DNA of 64,000 nt from Minisyncoccota bacterium (GCA_041675085.1 JBAYUN010000001.1:170364-234363); one strand, 5' to 3'; shown: positions 17,934 to 29,742, counted from the first letter of the stretch. Notes: generated from the letters alone by a model not told the origin. Program-made: numbers and translations.

Positions 17934-19019
17934 CTATATCCCATCTTCTTTTAGTTTTTCTATATATTCTCTAGATTTTTTAGAGATTTTATTTGGCATT
18001 TTTATATTTAATTGAATCAAGATATCTCCTCTTTTACCTTTGTTCGGTACACCTTTGCCTTTCACTCTCAAGATTTCATTTATACCAACACCTTCAGGTA
18101 TAGTCACTTCGACTTTACCGTCGAGAGTCTCGAGTTCGTATTTCATACCGAGTAATGCATCCGAGAGTTTAATGTTTAAGTCTGTAGTGAGATCAAATCC
18201 TTCTCTTTTAAAAATAGGATGCCTAGAGACATTAATCTTGATATACAGATCTCCAGTAGTACCTTTTGATACAGCTTCACCCATGCCTGTCATACGGATC
18301 ATTTCGCCGTCGCGAATACCTGCGGGTACATTGATAGTGATTTCTTCTTCTTTGCGGAGGACTCCTTTACCGTGACATTTCTCACAAACTTCTTTTGGAA
18401 CTTGTCCAGATCCAGTACAAGTCTCACACATTTTTGTAGTAGAAATAGTTCCGAGTATTGTACGTTTTGCTTCGTGGATTTTACCTTGACCGTTACAAGT
18501 TTTACAAGTCTCCATCTTGGTCCCAGCTTTTGCTCCGGTCGCTTTACAAGTCTCACAACTAGAAGTCTTAGTGATCAAGACTTTGCGAGTAATGCCGAAT
18601 ACCGCCTCAGAGAAACTGATATTCATCTCAGTAGAGATATCTCGTCCGCGACGAGTTTGAGTGCGTCCTCCGCCTCCACCAAAGAAATCAGAAAAGATAT
18701 CATTCAAGTCGAATTCCATTCCACCATTTTGACCAAAGCCAGAAAAGTCGAAACCTTCAAAGCCGCCAAAACCGCCACCTTGAGGACCGTACCCTGCTCC
18801 GCCCATATTTGCATAGTTTGAGCCGAATTGATCGTATTTAGCGCGTTTTTGGTCATCAGAAAGAGTCTGGTAAGCTTCATTTACCTCTTTGAATTTCTTT
18901 TCATCTCCCTCTTTTTTGTCAGGATGATATTTATGAGCTAGTTTATAAAAAGCCTTTTTGATTTCGTCTTTTGAGGCACTTTTATTAACCCCTAATGTTT
19001 CATAATAATCTTTATTCAT
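17934..19019 (-). CDS. dnaJ: Chaperone DnaJ
   Basis: HPD J-domain, G/F region, four CxxCxGxG-type repeats; start set at ATG 19019. Confidence 0.96.
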   Translation of the reverse strand: MNKDYYETLGVNKSASKDEIKKAFYKLAHKYHPDKKEGDEKKFKEVNEAYQTLSDDQKRAKYDQFGSNYANMGGAGYGPQGGGFGGFEGFDFSGFGQNGGMEFDLNDIFSDFFGGGGGRTQTRRGRDISTEMNISFSEAVFGITRKVLITKTSSCETCKATGAKAGTKMETCKTCNGQGKIHEAKRTILGTISTTKMCETCTGSGQVPKEVCEKCHGKGVLRKEEEITINVPAGIRDGEMIRMTGMGEAVSKGTTGDLYIKINVSRHPIFKREGFDLTTDLNIKLSDALLGMKYELETLDGKVEVTIPEGVGINEILRVKGKGVPNKGKRGDILIQLNIKMPNKISKKSREYIEKLKEDGI

Positions 19020-19060
19020 AAAGGATATAATAGCAAATTTATTCAGTTTTTTCAACAAAC

Positions 19061-20563
19061 CTAAATCATAGGCTCAGCCTCGGTTTCTTTTGTTTCTTTT
19101 TGATTTGAGAGATTTTGTTTTTCTTCTTCTCTTTCTTTTCTGTCTCCTTCTTCTGTACGTCCGGCACCTTTTATCGCAGCTTTTTCTTCAGCACTACGAA
19201 TGATAGTAGACTCTTCTTCTTGGATCAATCTCTGAGCGTCACCTTTTGAGATAGCGTATTTACGACGTGAAGCGGCTAGTATCTCATCTCGATACGAAGT
19301 ATGAGTAGGAGGTAGTATACGTAAAGTCTCTGCTGAGAAAGGGTCATAACTCTCTCCGTCGATAGTCATCTTGATATAGAATTCTCCTACAGCAAGGTTA
19401 ATCATATCTTTGACTCCGAAAAGAGGATCGAATTCAGGTTTTAAACGAGTCGCGTCTTCTCCTCCTACACGGAAAGAAATAATAGATCCGACGTTACCTA
19501 GGATAGATTGATAAATCTTTGGTTGGATCTGACCTACGTATTGGTGAGCCATGGTGAGGTTCAATCCGTATTTACGAGCCTCTGATAGAATATTTTCAAA
19601 AGTTTGAGTCACGACGTTTTGGAACTCGTCGACATAAATATAAAAATCTTTACGATCTTTCTCTAGGATATGGGCGCGCTCCATACCGGCTTGCTTGATC
19701 TTGGTCAAGAACATAGATCCAAAGAAAGAAGAATTCTCTTCACCGATTTTACCCTTAGAAAGATTTATCAAAATAATTTTCTGCTCGTTCATCAAAGTAC
19801 TAATATCTATTTTATTTTCTTTTTGACCGAAAATATTGCGGAGCAGTGGGTCAGACAAGAATTGCCCGAGTTTATTCACGAGAGGGATGATCGCGTCAGT
19901 ATCAAATTTCTCAGACCAATCCGCGAATTCGATAGCGAAGAATCTTTTAACCATATCGTCTTGGATGTATTCCACGACTTTCTGACGATAATTTCTATCA
20001 GTAAGCATAGATATCATTCCACGCATCGTCGCATACGGATAGTCTAGAAGCGCCAAACAAGTAAAACGAAAAACGTGCTCCAAACGAGGAGTCCAGTTGG
20101 CACCGAATTGCTTTTGGAAAACTTCAATCAAACCTTGAGTTAATTGAAATTTGAACATAGGGTCGACGTTCGCCAGAGGATTGAAAGAAGCTGGGAAATT
20201 CACGTCAGACGGATCAATAATACAAACGTCTTCAATACGTTCTTTTGGAATATAATCTAGCATTGAGTCTATCACATCTCCGTGAGGATCGATAAGACAA
20301 AGCCCGTGCCCATAAGTGATATCTTGACGCAAGAAAAGCTCGAGGAGTTTAGTCTTACCTACTCCAGACTTCCCTATGATATACAAGTGACGACGACGGT
20401 CGACTCTCTTAAAACCAAAAATGAATTTCTTCTCTTCCAGAGATGCAACGTAATTAGTCCGCCCAATAAAAGAAACCTCCTCAGGTTTTACCTTTCCATA
20501 GACTGGAAGCTCTGGTGGTGGTGGACCGTATTTAATTATTTGAACTCGATTTGGTTTCACCAT
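19061..20563 (-). CDS. VirD4/TraD/HerA-like coupling ATPase
   Basis: GKSGVGKT Walker A, IDPHGD, YVDEFQN Walker B, SEARKY, AHQY. Confidence 0.85.
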   Translation of the reverse strand: MVKPNRVQIIKYGPPPPELPVYGKVKPEEVSFIGRTNYVASLEEKKFIFGFKRVDRRRHLYIIGKSGVGKTKLLELFLRQDITYGHGLCLIDPHGDVIDSMLDYIPKERIEDVCIIDPSDVNFPASFNPLANVDPMFKFQLTQGLIEVFQKQFGANWTPRLEHVFRFTCLALLDYPYATMRGMISMLTDRNYRQKVVEYIQDDMVKRFFAIEFADWSEKFDTDAIIPLVNKLGQFLSDPLLRNIFGQKENKIDISTLMNEQKIILINLSKGKIGEENSSFFGSMFLTKIKQAGMERAHILEKDRKDFYIYVDEFQNVVTQTFENILSEARKYGLNLTMAHQYVGQIQPKIYQSILGNVGSIISFRVGGEDATRLKPEFDPLFGVKDMINLAVGEFYIKMTIDGESYDPFSAETLRILPPTHTSYRDEILAASRRKYAISKGDAQRLIQEEESTIIRSAEEKAAIKGAGRTEEGDRKEREEEKQNLSNQKETKETEAEPMI

Positions 20564-20707
20564 TATTATTTTGAATTTTTATAATTAAAGTATATCATAT
20601 AAAGATACTTGTCCCGTTAAATATAACAATATAATTGTATCATATTTAATAGTAAATGCGGGCAGAGTAAGATAGTCGAATATTTTATTATTTTATTTTT
20701 AACTGGG

Positions 20708-21406
20708 ATGAAGCTACATAGATTTATCGGGGAATTTGATTTATCTGGTGAAAACACAGAAATCACAAATCTTGAAAATATCAAGCAAATAAAGGGTGTT
20801 TTAAGGCTCGACGTCGGAGACTTTTTGATACTTTGCGACGGCAAAGGCACAGAAGCTAAAGTAGAAATAACAGAAATAGAAAAAACTCATATCACTACTA
20901 AAATAGTAGAAAAAACAAAAAAGGAAAATAACTCTAAAAAAGTAAGTCTATACCTAGCAATTCTTAAAAAAGAAAATTTTGAATTAGCTATACAAAAAGT
21001 CGTCGAAATCGGGGTGACTGAAATCATACCGATAATTACCGAACGAACTGTCAAAACCGGACTCAACACAGAGAGATTAAATAAAATCATCCGTGAAGCG
21101 AGTGAACAATCGGGTAGAACTATTTTGCCTATTCTGTACCCTACTTTAAAATTTATAGACGCAATACAAGACGGAAAGAAAAATGAAGGAAAGATATTTT
21201 TTGATTTTACTGAAGACAAAAATAACACGAAGAATACAAATTCAAAAAGTATTAGTATATTTATAGGTCCTGAAGGAGGGTTCACTGAAAAAGAAAATCA
21301 CATAGCTCTCGAAAATGGTTACAAAATAGAATCATTAGGAGAAAATACACTAAGAGCCGAAACCGCAGCTATCGTCGCTACTTATAAAGTAGTAAATAAT
21401 TTATGA
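20708..21406 (+). CDS. rsmE: 16S rRNA m3U1498 methyltransferase
   Basis: VLRL, EASEQSGR, IGPEGGF, LRAETA. Confidence 0.95.
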   Translation: MKLHRFIGEFDLSGENTEITNLENIKQIKGVLRLDVGDFLILCDGKGTEAKVEITEIEKTHITTKIVEKTKKENNSKKVSLYLAILKKENFELAIQKVVEIGVTEIIPIITERTVKTGLNTERLNKIIREASEQSGRTILPILYPTLKFIDAIQDGKKNEGKIFFDFTEDKNNTKNTNSKSISIFIGPEGGFTEKENHIALENGYKIESLGENTLRAETAAIVATYKVVNNL

Positions 21407-21409
21407 AAA

Positions 21410-21703
21410 TTATTTACTTTTAGACTCAAGTTTTTCTACACGTGTAGTAAGATTATCAATTCTTCTTTCATAAGAAATACCATCGCCATTTAAAACAGTA
21501 ATACTATTTTTGAATTCTTTGTGTTGTTCGTTGTTATTTTTTATTTCTTTTAAAATTACATCTAAAACACCTTCAACTCTTTCGAAAGATTTAGCTACAG
21601 AACGCATATTGCTTTCAGAATTATTTTCAAAATTCTTTAAAGTTTCTAAAAATAATTTTTCAGTTACGTGTTTTTCAGTTGTTTTTGGAGTTATTTTCTT
21701 CAT
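21410..21703 (-). CDS. Small coiled-coil hypothetical protein
   Basis: 97-aa ORF; TGTTATAAT just upstream of ATG. Confidence 0.65.
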   Translation of the reverse strand: MKKITPKTTEKHVTEKLFLETLKNFENNSESNMRSVAKSFERVEGVLDVILKEIKNNNEQHKEFKNSITVLNGDGISYERRIDNLTTRVEKLESKSK

Positions 21704-21743
21704 ATATCAATTATAACAAAACCTAAAAGCTATGCAATATATC

Positions 21744-23450
21744 CTAATACACCTCACTCTGATAACATTTCTCACAATAAACTATCTCTGGTCTCTCTGG
21801 AGCATAACTTGTTTCAAATTCATTATTGCACCCTTCTTTCATGCAAGATCGATGCCAGAGTTTAAATGGATTTCTAAAAAATAGCCTTTCATTCAACCTG
21901 CAATAGAAACAACTTCTCGGTAAAGGTAAATTCATTATTTTATAAAATTTAAATTCGTCCGAAATAACTTTAAAATTTCTTTTACAGTCTATACACTCAA
22001 AAACATTATCAATAAAACTTTCATCTACATTTTCCAAAGAAATAGGGACACCTGTCGACTCAATGGTTTGCTTGCCTGTAGTTTTTTGAATATTGTATTG
22101 AAATTTATAATTTTTATCTAAAATTTCTTTTTCATTTAAAGGGAAAAAATAATTAGCTATAGTTTCATTATATCCAAAATAAGATAATTCAATAGGAAAA
22201 AATTCACCGTATCTATATACGTTTCCTTTTTTATCTACATAAGGCATCTCATTCATATGATTCTTTATCTTCTCCACCATCTCAAAATATTCTTCTTTTT
22301 TATACTGCTTGTTAAAAATACAATAACTTTTATTCTTTAAACCAACACAACCAAATACATACTTACAATTATGGCAATGCATATTGTATTCCAAAAATTG
22401 TGATTTAACTGAAAATAAACCAAATTTATTATTACTGGAATGATCTAGTACTATACCTTCATAACCAAGCTCATGCTCTCCAGAAGTTGTAATATCATAA
22501 CAATCTAAATTTTTACCTCCCTGTTGAATATATTTACAATTTTCTATCTTATCACCAATAAAACAATTTTGAGAATTTTTAGAATTACTTAATAGATCTC
22601 CTGTAACATTTAATGATTGAATTATATGAGCATATTTTCTTGGATATTTTAAAATAAATTCTTTAAATTCTTTCTTTGCTCTTTGCCTACCTTCATAAGT
22701 ATTAAGTTCATAAGTAGACAAAATTTTTTCATATTCTTCTTTAGTGTACTTTTTATTTTTAAAGCAATACTTCTCTCCTCGTAAACCTATACACATAAAA
22801 CAATCTGAACAATTACGACAATCATACAAAAAATCGGAATCTATACAAGATACACAAAAATATGAGCTTTTTAATTTATAACTATGTGAGCAATCTAAAC
22901 AATCATACATCCATTCTGAAGATTCTAAAATACAAGTACAATCTGTCATATTTTTACCGGCTAAAACCATATATCCATAAGAAACATTTTCTATATGCCA
23001 AGAACAAAAAGTCATATAACAGTTTTTAGAAAACCAAGTATCACCAGTATATTCACATTTAATGCTAGCTATGTTGTTATCGTTAACTAAAGCTATGTGA
23101 GGAATTTTATAAATTAATTTATTTAACTGAGAAAAGAAGTTTTCAGAAAAATTATAATCTTTTCCAGATTCAATTCCGTCCCATTTATCACTCCACCAAC
23201 ATTTATTACAATAAATAATTATATTAGATTCAGGAGAATACATTGATACTACGTTCATGTCACAAGAATCACATTTACGATTATATAAAGAAAAATCATT
23301 CCTCCAAGAAGCTCTTCTTTGGAACCTACATTCCGGACAAAAAGTTGGTGGTGGGACTTTTACCTTTTCATAGAAGGAAAAGTCATCACTTTCTATCGTA
23401 AAGTCATTTTGGCAATTCTGGCAGGTTTTCTTTTCGGATTTATATTCCAT
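21744..23450 (-). CDS. CPR-type Cys-rich protein (zinc ribbons + beta-helix-like repeats)
   Basis: CQNC, PPPTFCPECR, CNKCWWSDKWD, C.GL repeats, YGEFFP, C-terminal VYCEKCY. Confidence 0.8.
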   Translation of the reverse strand: MEYKSEKKTCQNCQNDFTIESDDFSFYEKVKVPPPTFCPECRFQRRASWRNDFSLYNRKCDSCDMNVVSMYSPESNIIIYCNKCWWSDKWDGIESGKDYNFSENFFSQLNKLIYKIPHIALVNDNNIASIKCEYTGDTWFSKNCYMTFCSWHIENVSYGYMVLAGKNMTDCTCILESSEWMYDCLDCSHSYKLKSSYFCVSCIDSDFLYDCRNCSDCFMCIGLRGEKYCFKNKKYTKEEYEKILSTYELNTYEGRQRAKKEFKEFILKYPRKYAHIIQSLNVTGDLLSNSKNSQNCFIGDKIENCKYIQQGGKNLDCYDITTSGEHELGYEGIVLDHSSNNKFGLFSVKSQFLEYNMHCHNCKYVFGCVGLKNKSYCIFNKQYKKEEYFEMVEKIKNHMNEMPYVDKKGNVYRYGEFFPIELSYFGYNETIANYFFPLNEKEILDKNYKFQYNIQKTTGKQTIESTGVPISLENVDESFIDNVFECIDCKRNFKVISDEFKFYKIMNLPLPRSCFYCRLNERLFFRNPFKLWHRSCMKEGCNNEFETSYAPERPEIVYCEKCYQSEVY

Positions 23451-23454
23451 AATT

Positions 23455-25872
23455 CTACTCTCTATCTTCTAATAATCTACGCAAAACTTCTTCGGGAATT
23501 TCTTGTATGTTGCCTTCTGTTAATGGTGGTGGTGTGCCTGTTTTCTCTTTTACTGGTTCAGATTTTATTTCTTGCCCGCCTGCAACATTATGCATAGGAT
23601 TTCGGGCAAGTTTAATCTCTTCTTTTTTCTCTTCTCTTATTTCTTGCCTTGTTTCTATTTTTATTTCTTCTTTTATTTCTGACTTGATTGGTTCTGTTTT
23701 AATTTCAGGTTTTACTTGAGATTCTGTTTTGATTTGAGTATTTACGGGTGGATTTATTTTATTCCCGCCTGCAGAAGCTACTACTTCAGCATTTCGGGCA
23801 GGTTCTATTTTATCCCCGCCTGTAGCATTTCGGGCAGGGGTCACGATAATATCATCTACTTTTTCAGAAATCATATTCCTAAAACTATTCATTAAATCAG
23901 AACTCGCAGAGCGGTCTTTTGAATTTGTTGGATTTTCAATTTTGGCAACTTTTAAATCACTCAAAGAAATACCTTTGTTTATATCGTCATTATTTTTATC
24001 AGGAATGTTTAATCTAGGTTCGGGGATTTTTTCTTTAACTTCTTCTATATCCTTATTATGCAAGGCTATATCCAAGATTTCTTTTAGTCCTAAATTCAAA
24101 CCACTGATTTTAGGTTTTTCGGGTCTGATATGAATAGGGTTCTTTGGTATAACTTTCTCGACAATATTATTTACAAAATTTTTCTTCACAGGTGTAAAAT
24201 TATTTTTAGGAAAATCTGATTTATTTTGAGAATTAAAATTATTGTTTACAACAGGCTCAGATCTATTTTCTTTTTTTACATTAGAATTACTGTCTCCTCC
24301 AGCAAACTCTATACCTAAATCTGCAAGAGGTTTGAAAAATCTAGTCTCATCTTTTTTTAACTGATCAGGAGATACACGAATAGGTTTTATCTCGCCTGCT
24401 TTTATTTTTACAATACAGTCTTTACAGTACACAGCTCGTCCTGGTTCAGGCTTGAAAGGTACAGTAGTCATAGTGCCACAATTCGAACAAACAGTTTCAA
24501 ATTTCTCCCCGTTCGGATTGATAGCTTTGTTATTTTCGCGCGCATTACCGATATCACCGAGCGCCATACCACTCCAATCATTAATCTCTTTTTCGATGTC
24601 CTCTTTGGTACGACAATATAGCTCACGTGAGGATTCGACTACTCTTCTTTCAATATCAAGATTACCACCTTTGACCAAAGGCGCGATAGTCTTTGAAGAA
24701 AAAGGACGAGAAGTAATACCATCTATCATGAGTTTGAGATAAATCTTGTAGTTAGGTAAGTTCACGATATCCTCCGGAGTGAATTCAGGAGCAAATTCTT
24801 TTTCTAAGAAATCCGCATCGTCGGCTCCCACACGAAACACAATCATAGTCCCAACGTTACCGAAAATAGAGTCACGCATAGCACTAGACTCTTTGGTAAC
24901 CAATTGAGCTGTATATTGGTGAGCTACAGTTAGGTTCAAGCGGTATTTACGAGCCTCAGATAGAATCGAGGCAAAAGAGTCGGTGACGAAGTTTTGGAAC
25001 TCGTCGACATATAGATAAAAATCTTTACGTTCTTCTTCAGGAATACGCACACGCTCCATGGCAGCAAGCTGAATCTTGGTAATAATCATACCTCCGAGGA
25101 GCTTAGAGTTGTCTTCTCCAATACGTCCTTTGGATACGTTTACTAAGAAAATCTTGCCTTCATTCATCATGTCAAAAATATTGATAGTACTTTTTGACTG
25201 ACCAACAATATTACGAATAACAGAAGTCGAAAGGAATTGACCAACTTTGTTTTGAATCGGAGCGATAGCTTCATTACGGAATTTATCTTGCCAAGCTTCA
25301 TACTCATGAATCCAAAAAGCTTTGATCACAGGATCTTTCAAATTATTAATTATCTTTTGACGATAGTCTTTGTCTACCAACATACGAGGAATACCAAGGA
25401 GAGTAGTACCAGGAGTATCTAGCAAAGCTAGAATACAATTATTCAAAATATATTCCATACGAGCAGACCAAGCATTCGCCCAGATTTTCGTGAAAATACC
25501 CATAAGCCCCGACGCTACTAAGTGCTTGTATTTGGAATCTACAAGTTCAAGAACATTAAAACCAATATGATACTCAGTATCCGCCGGATTGAAATAAACT
25601 ACGTCTTTAAGTCTATGTTCTGGAATAGCTTGCAAAACTCCTTCGACGAGCTCACCGTGAGGGTCGACTACACACACACCTTCACCATTTAGAATATTCT
25701 GCATGATCATGTTGGACATGAGCACAGATTTACCAGTACCGGATTTTCCAAGAATATAAATATGCTGACGACGGTCGCGACGCTTGATACCAAAAAGAGT
25801 ATTCTTGTCTCTAAACGTAGAATACCCGATATAGGTCAAATCTTTATTTGGTGGCAATTGAGGCAAATCCAT
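23455..25872 (-). CDS. VirD4/TraD-like coupling ATPase with CxxC-x17-CxxC domain and disordered tail
   Basis: GKSGTGKS, VDPHGE, YVDEFQN, SEARKY; CSNC...VPFKP...VYCKDC. Confidence 0.85.
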   Translation of the reverse strand: MDLPQLPPNKDLTYIGYSTFRDKNTLFGIKRRDRRQHIYILGKSGTGKSVLMSNMIMQNILNGEGVCVVDPHGELVEGVLQAIPEHRLKDVVYFNPADTEYHIGFNVLELVDSKYKHLVASGLMGIFTKIWANAWSARMEYILNNCILALLDTPGTTLLGIPRMLVDKDYRQKIINNLKDPVIKAFWIHEYEAWQDKFRNEAIAPIQNKVGQFLSTSVIRNIVGQSKSTINIFDMMNEGKIFLVNVSKGRIGEDNSKLLGGMIITKIQLAAMERVRIPEEERKDFYLYVDEFQNFVTDSFASILSEARKYRLNLTVAHQYTAQLVTKESSAMRDSIFGNVGTMIVFRVGADDADFLEKEFAPEFTPEDIVNLPNYKIYLKLMIDGITSRPFSSKTIAPLVKGGNLDIERRVVESSRELYCRTKEDIEKEINDWSGMALGDIGNARENNKAINPNGEKFETVCSNCGTMTTVPFKPEPGRAVYCKDCIVKIKAGEIKPIRVSPDQLKKDETRFFKPLADLGIEFAGGDSNSNVKKENRSEPVVNNNFNSQNKSDFPKNNFTPVKKNFVNNIVEKVIPKNPIHIRPEKPKISGLNLGLKEILDIALHNKDIEEVKEKIPEPRLNIPDKNNDDINKGISLSDLKVAKIENPTNSKDRSASSDLMNSFRNMISEKVDDIIVTPARNATGGDKIEPARNAEVVASAGGNKINPPVNTQIKTESQVKPEIKTEPIKSEIKEEIKIETRQEIREEKKEEIKLARNPMHNVAGGQEIKSEPVKEKTGTPPPLTEGNIQEIPEEVLRRLLEDRE
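23575..23838. repeat. Three in-frame copies of a CCCGCCTG...ATTTCGGGCA(G/A)G element (PARN...GG peptides)
   Basis: Copies at 23575-23610, 23764-23802 and 23815-23838. Confidence 0.8.
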
Positions 25873-25942
25873 ACTCTCAATTATAGCAAAAAACCCATTG
25901 CATTTCTACAAGGGTTTTTTGTTAATTACTTTTCTAAAAATT

Positions 25943-25973
25943 TTGCCCTGTCAATCGCGACTGACGGGGTGAA
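25943..25973. repeat. GTCAGTCGCGACTGAC-type palindromic element
   Basis: 28/31 identical to 45813-45843; related copy at 44892-44917. Confidence 0.8.
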
Positions 25974-25979
25974 GACGAA

Positions 25980-27881
25980 TTATTTTTGTTCTCCTTCTGA
26001 TTCTGGAGTTGATTCTCCGTCTTTAACTTCAGTCGGTTGTTCTTCGACTGTACTACTTTCTTCTTTTGGAGCTTCAGGATTAGCTTTATTCATAGCTTCC
26101 CCAATCTTAGACATTTCACTAGATAATTCTTCTGTAGCTTTCTTGATACTTTCCATATCTGTACCATCTTTCACAGAACGTAGATTTGCAACTTTAGCAT
26201 CTACTTCTGTTTTTAACTCTGCTGGAATTTTACCTTCCGCGTCTTTTAGAGATTTCTCAGCTGTATAAATAATCATCTCGGCAGTATTTTTCACATCTAC
26301 TAATTCTTTTTTCTTTTTATCTTCTTCAGCATTAAGTTCTGCATCTGCTTGCATTTTCTTAATATCTTCATCTTTAAGTCCTGAACTTGCTTCGATACGA
26401 ATAGATTGAGTTTTACCTGAAGCTTTCTCCATAGCTTTCACATTTAGAATACCGTTTGCATCCACATCAAAAGTAACTTCAACTTGAGGAATACCACGAG
26501 GGCTTGGTGGGACTCCATCTAGGATAAATCTACCTAAAGATTTATTGTCACTTGCCATAGGGCGTTCACCTTGAACTATATGAATCTCGACTGAAGTTTG
26601 GTTGTCTGCAGCAGTAGAGAAAATCTGAGATTTAGAAGCCGGGATAGTAGTATTTCTCTCAACGAGTTTTGTGGCGACTCCTCCTAAAGTCTCGATACCG
26701 AGAGATAGAGGGATAACGTCGAGCAATAATACATCACGCACATCTCCAGCCAATACTCCAGCTTGAACCGCAGCTCCGAGAGCTACAACTTCGTCAGGAT
26801 TAATAGATAAGTTTGGAGATTTTCCAAAAACTTTCTTTACTTCTTCTACTATCTTTGGCATACGAGTCTGACCTCCAACCATTATGATTTCGTGAATATC
26901 ATTCATTGTAAATCCTGAAGCAGCTAAAGCCTTTTTAGTGATTTCTATAGAACGAGTTATATATTCGTCAGCAATAGATTCTAATTGAGCGCGAGACATT
27001 TTAAGTAGTAAGTGTTGAGGTCCTTCGGCTGTTGAGGTAATGAAAGGAATATTGATTTCTGTTTCTACGGCTGTAGAGAGTTCAATTTTTGCTTTTTCTG
27101 CAGCTTCATCTAGTCTTTGAAGAGCGAGCTTGTCATTGCGTACATCAACTCCAGAAGTCTTTTTAAATTCTTCTGCGATCCAAGATATAATCTTGTGATC
27201 TATATCACGTCCTCCTAAATGAGAATCTCCATCAGTAGACTTTACTTCGATAACATCGTCCCCAATCTCCAAAACAGATACGTCGAAAGTTCCTCCTCCA
27301 AAGTCATAAACTACAACTTTTTCATTTTTCTTTTTATTGAATCCATAAGCGAGGGCCGCAGCTGTCGGTTCATTGATAATTCTCTTTACATCTAGTCCAG
27401 CGATAACTCCAGCATCTTTAGTAGCTTTTCTTTGAGCATCATTGAAATAAGCAGGGACAGTGATCACAGCTTCGGTTATTTTCTCTCCAGTTTTTGCTTC
27501 GACGTCTGCTTTGATTTTAGATAAAATCATAGCAGAGACTTCCTCAGGGCGCATCCATTTATCTCCGATCATAACCTCGACTCCACCGTCAGTTCCTTTT
27601 TGAATCTTGAAAGACATATTTTTTAAATCTTTCTGAACTTCTGGATCTTCAAAATTGTGACCCATAAATCTCTTGATACCGTAGATAGTATTTTCTGGAT
27701 TTGTTACGGCTTGACGTTTTGCTAGAAGTCCTACAAGTCTATCTCCATTTTTTGCAATAGAAACAATAGACGGAGTAGTTCGAGCTCCTTCGATATTTTC
27801 TACAATCTTTGGATTTCCTCCTTCAATTATAGCGACTGCACTATTTGTTGTACCTAAATCTATACCTATTATTTTTGACAT
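25980..27881 (-). CDS. dnaK: Chaperone DnaK
   Basis: [32 protein letters not shown]. Confidence 0.98.
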   Translation of the reverse strand: MSKIIGIDLGTTNSAVAIIEGGNPKIVENIEGARTTPSIVSIAKNGDRLVGLLAKRQAVTNPENTIYGIKRFMGHNFEDPEVQKDLKNMSFKIQKGTDGGVEVMIGDKWMRPEEVSAMILSKIKADVEAKTGEKITEAVITVPAYFNDAQRKATKDAGVIAGLDVKRIINEPTAAALAYGFNKKKNEKVVVYDFGGGTFDVSVLEIGDDVIEVKSTDGDSHLGGRDIDHKIISWIAEEFKKTSGVDVRNDKLALQRLDEAAEKAKIELSTAVETEINIPFITSTAEGPQHLLLKMSRAQLESIADEYITRSIEITKKALAASGFTMNDIHEIIMVGGQTRMPKIVEEVKKVFGKSPNLSINPDEVVALGAAVQAGVLAGDVRDVLLLDVIPLSLGIETLGGVATKLVERNTTIPASKSQIFSTAADNQTSVEIHIVQGERPMASDNKSLGRFILDGVPPSPRGIPQVEVTFDVDANGILNVKAMEKASGKTQSIRIEASSGLKDEDIKKMQADAELNAEEDKKKKELVDVKNTAEMIIYTAEKSLKDAEGKIPAELKTEVDAKVANLRSVKDGTDMESIKKATEELSSEMSKIGEAMNKANPEAPKEESSTVEEQPTEVKDGESTPESEGEQK

Positions 27882-28121
27882 ATTTTTTATTTTAATTAAT
27901 TTATAATAATTTAAATTTATAATTTTTATAAAAAAAATTTTTCTAGAGCCTTATCTTTTATGACTTAACGACGAAAAATTTCTTTTTGTAAAAATTTAAA
28001 ATAATCTATATTTTACTTGTTTTTCGCGACCGCGAAATACTTGTATAATCTAGTATATATGATAAGATATATCTATGTCAACCCCACTTCGCTTAAGCTT
28101 CGCGGGGCAAAGCAAAAATAT

Positions 28122-28637
28122 ATGCAAAATCAAGACCATTCCAAAAAAATCCTTAAAAAACTAGCAGAAAAGAGAGCTATTTCTATAGAGTCATTAAAAG
28201 ACAAAGAAGACAAGAAAGAGAAATATGCCCTCTCTAGAAGCCTTAAAAACCTCGTAAACAGCGGTTTTGCTCGTATTCATGACTCAGGCAACCAAGACTA
28301 CATAAGCCTCACCAAAGAAGGCAAAAAGAAAGTGCACAGCCTTAACCTCGAGAACGAAAATACCCTAGTGAATACATCTTGGGACGGCTATTGGAGAATG
28401 GTACTTTTAGATCTACCAGAAACCAGAAAAAACGAACGTGAATCTCTACGCTATTTATTAAAAAAAGCAGGGTTTGTATGTCTGAAGAATTCAGTCTGGA
28501 TTTCTCCCCTACCATACGAATATTTATTTGAAAATATTAAAAAAGATTTAGGCTTAACTACTGAGATGATAATCCTAACCACAAACAAAATAGACGCAGA
28601 AACTCAAAAAACTATTTTTGAGAATTTTAAGAATTAA
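28122..28637 (+). CDS. PaaX-like regulator (wHTH + Cas2-like ferredoxin domain)
   Basis: LTKEGK wing, WDGYWRMVLLDLPE...R..LR..L...GF..L.NSVWISP; start set at ATG 28122. Confidence 0.8.
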   Translation: MQNQDHSKKILKKLAEKRAISIESLKDKEDKKEKYALSRSLKNLVNSGFARIHDSGNQDYISLTKEGKKKVHSLNLENENTLVNTSWDGYWRMVLLDLPETRKNERESLRYLLKKAGFVCLKNSVWISPLPYEYLFENIKKDLGLTTEMIILTTNKIDAETQKTIFENFKN

Positions 28638-28643
28638 TAAACC

Positions 28644-29267
28644 TTATTCCTTAAATTCAAAAACATTCACTCTCGCTGGACGGAGGACTCGGTCACCTAT
28701 TTTATAACCTTTTTGAATAACTTGCGCTATAGTATGATTTTTATCTTTTTCAGTAGTTTCTACCATCTCTAATGATTCATGAATATTCGGATCAAAATTC
28801 TCACCCTCTTGGCCTATCTCTTTGACTCCATATTCTTCAAAAACAGTATTCATTTGAGAGTGAATATACTCTACTCCTTTACGCCAATTCATGTCTACTT
28901 TCTCCCATGCCTCCTTGTTCGCAAAAGCCATATTGAAACTATCCATCACGCTTAAAAAGCGAGAAAGTATCCTCTCGCGCATAGATTCAGAGAACATAGT
29001 CTTTCTATCTTCTTCTTGTTTTTTGTAATTCGCAAAATCAGCTCTCTCTTTTTGCCAACCGTTTAGGTATTCGGTGCGTTCTTTGCGAGCTTGTTTTAAA
29101 TCAAGTCTTAATTTCTTTAATGTTTTATGCAGATCTGCCTCACCGTCATCATTGAATTCAAATTCAACTATTTCTTCGTCTTCTTTTGTATCTGTATTAT
29201 CTGGAATAGTTTTATCGTCGCCTAAATCTAAATCTTCTAATTTTATTTTTTTATCTTCTTCATTCAT
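28644..29267 (-). CDS. grpE: Nucleotide exchange factor GrpE
   Basis: RADFANYKK, FDPNIHE, QKGY...RVLRPARV. Confidence 0.95.
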   Translation of the reverse strand: MNEEDKKIKLEDLDLGDDKTIPDNTDTKEDEEIVEFEFNDDGEADLHKTLKKLRLDLKQARKERTEYLNGWQKERADFANYKKQEEDRKTMFSESMRERILSRFLSVMDSFNMAFANKEAWEKVDMNWRKGVEYIHSQMNTVFEEYGVKEIGQEGENFDPNIHESLEMVETTEKDKNHTIAQVIQKGYKIGDRVLRPARVNVFEFKE

Positions 29268-29331
29268 ATAGGCATTCTATCACAAAAACACCCAACAAAA
29301 AAGACCTCTTTGAGGGAGATCTTTTTTTGGA

Positions 29332-29742
29332 TTAACGTTTAGACCATTGTGGTGCCTTACGAGCTTTCTTCAATCCGAATTTTCTTCTTTCTTTTGCTCT
29401 TGGGTCTCTCTTTAGATAACCTGGAAGTTTTAATTCTGTACGAATTTCAGGTTCAACTAAAAGTAATACACGAGCGAGTCCGTGGCGTACTGCTTCAGCT
29501 TGAGAATGAGTACCTCCTCCAGTCACACGAGCTTCGATAGACCATTTCATAGGTTTATCACTAGCTTCTAAAACAGTTAGAGGTTCTACTATCAATCTTC
29601 TCTCTTCTTCTGTCTTAAAGTAATCTTTCGCATTATCACCGTTTACGATAAAAGCAGATTTAGTCGCAGGAGTTAAACGCACTCTTGCAGTTGCTGTTTT
29701 TCTTCTACCGACGCTTTCAAAATATTGTTCTTTTTTCTCCAT
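29332..29742 (-). CDS. rpsI: 30S ribosomal protein S9
   Basis: GRRKTA, GGG..SQA, ERRKFGLKKARKAPQWSKR. Confidence 0.97.
   Translation of the reverse strand: MEKKEQYFESVGRRKTATARVRLTPATKSAFIVNGDNAKDYFKTEEERRLIVEPLTVLEASDKPMKWSIEARVTGGGTHSQAEAVRHGLARVLLLVEPEIRTELKLPGYLKRDPRAKERRKFGLKKARKAPQWSKR

Noticed and set aside
19061-25872. Integrated conjugative element or prophage
   Set aside because: The ATPases sit among dnaJ, rsmE and dnaK with no relaxase, integrase, att sites or phage genes.
28122-28637. cas2 gene
   Set aside because: The Cas2-like fold is fused to a wHTH as in PaaX-like regulators; no cas1 or array nearby.
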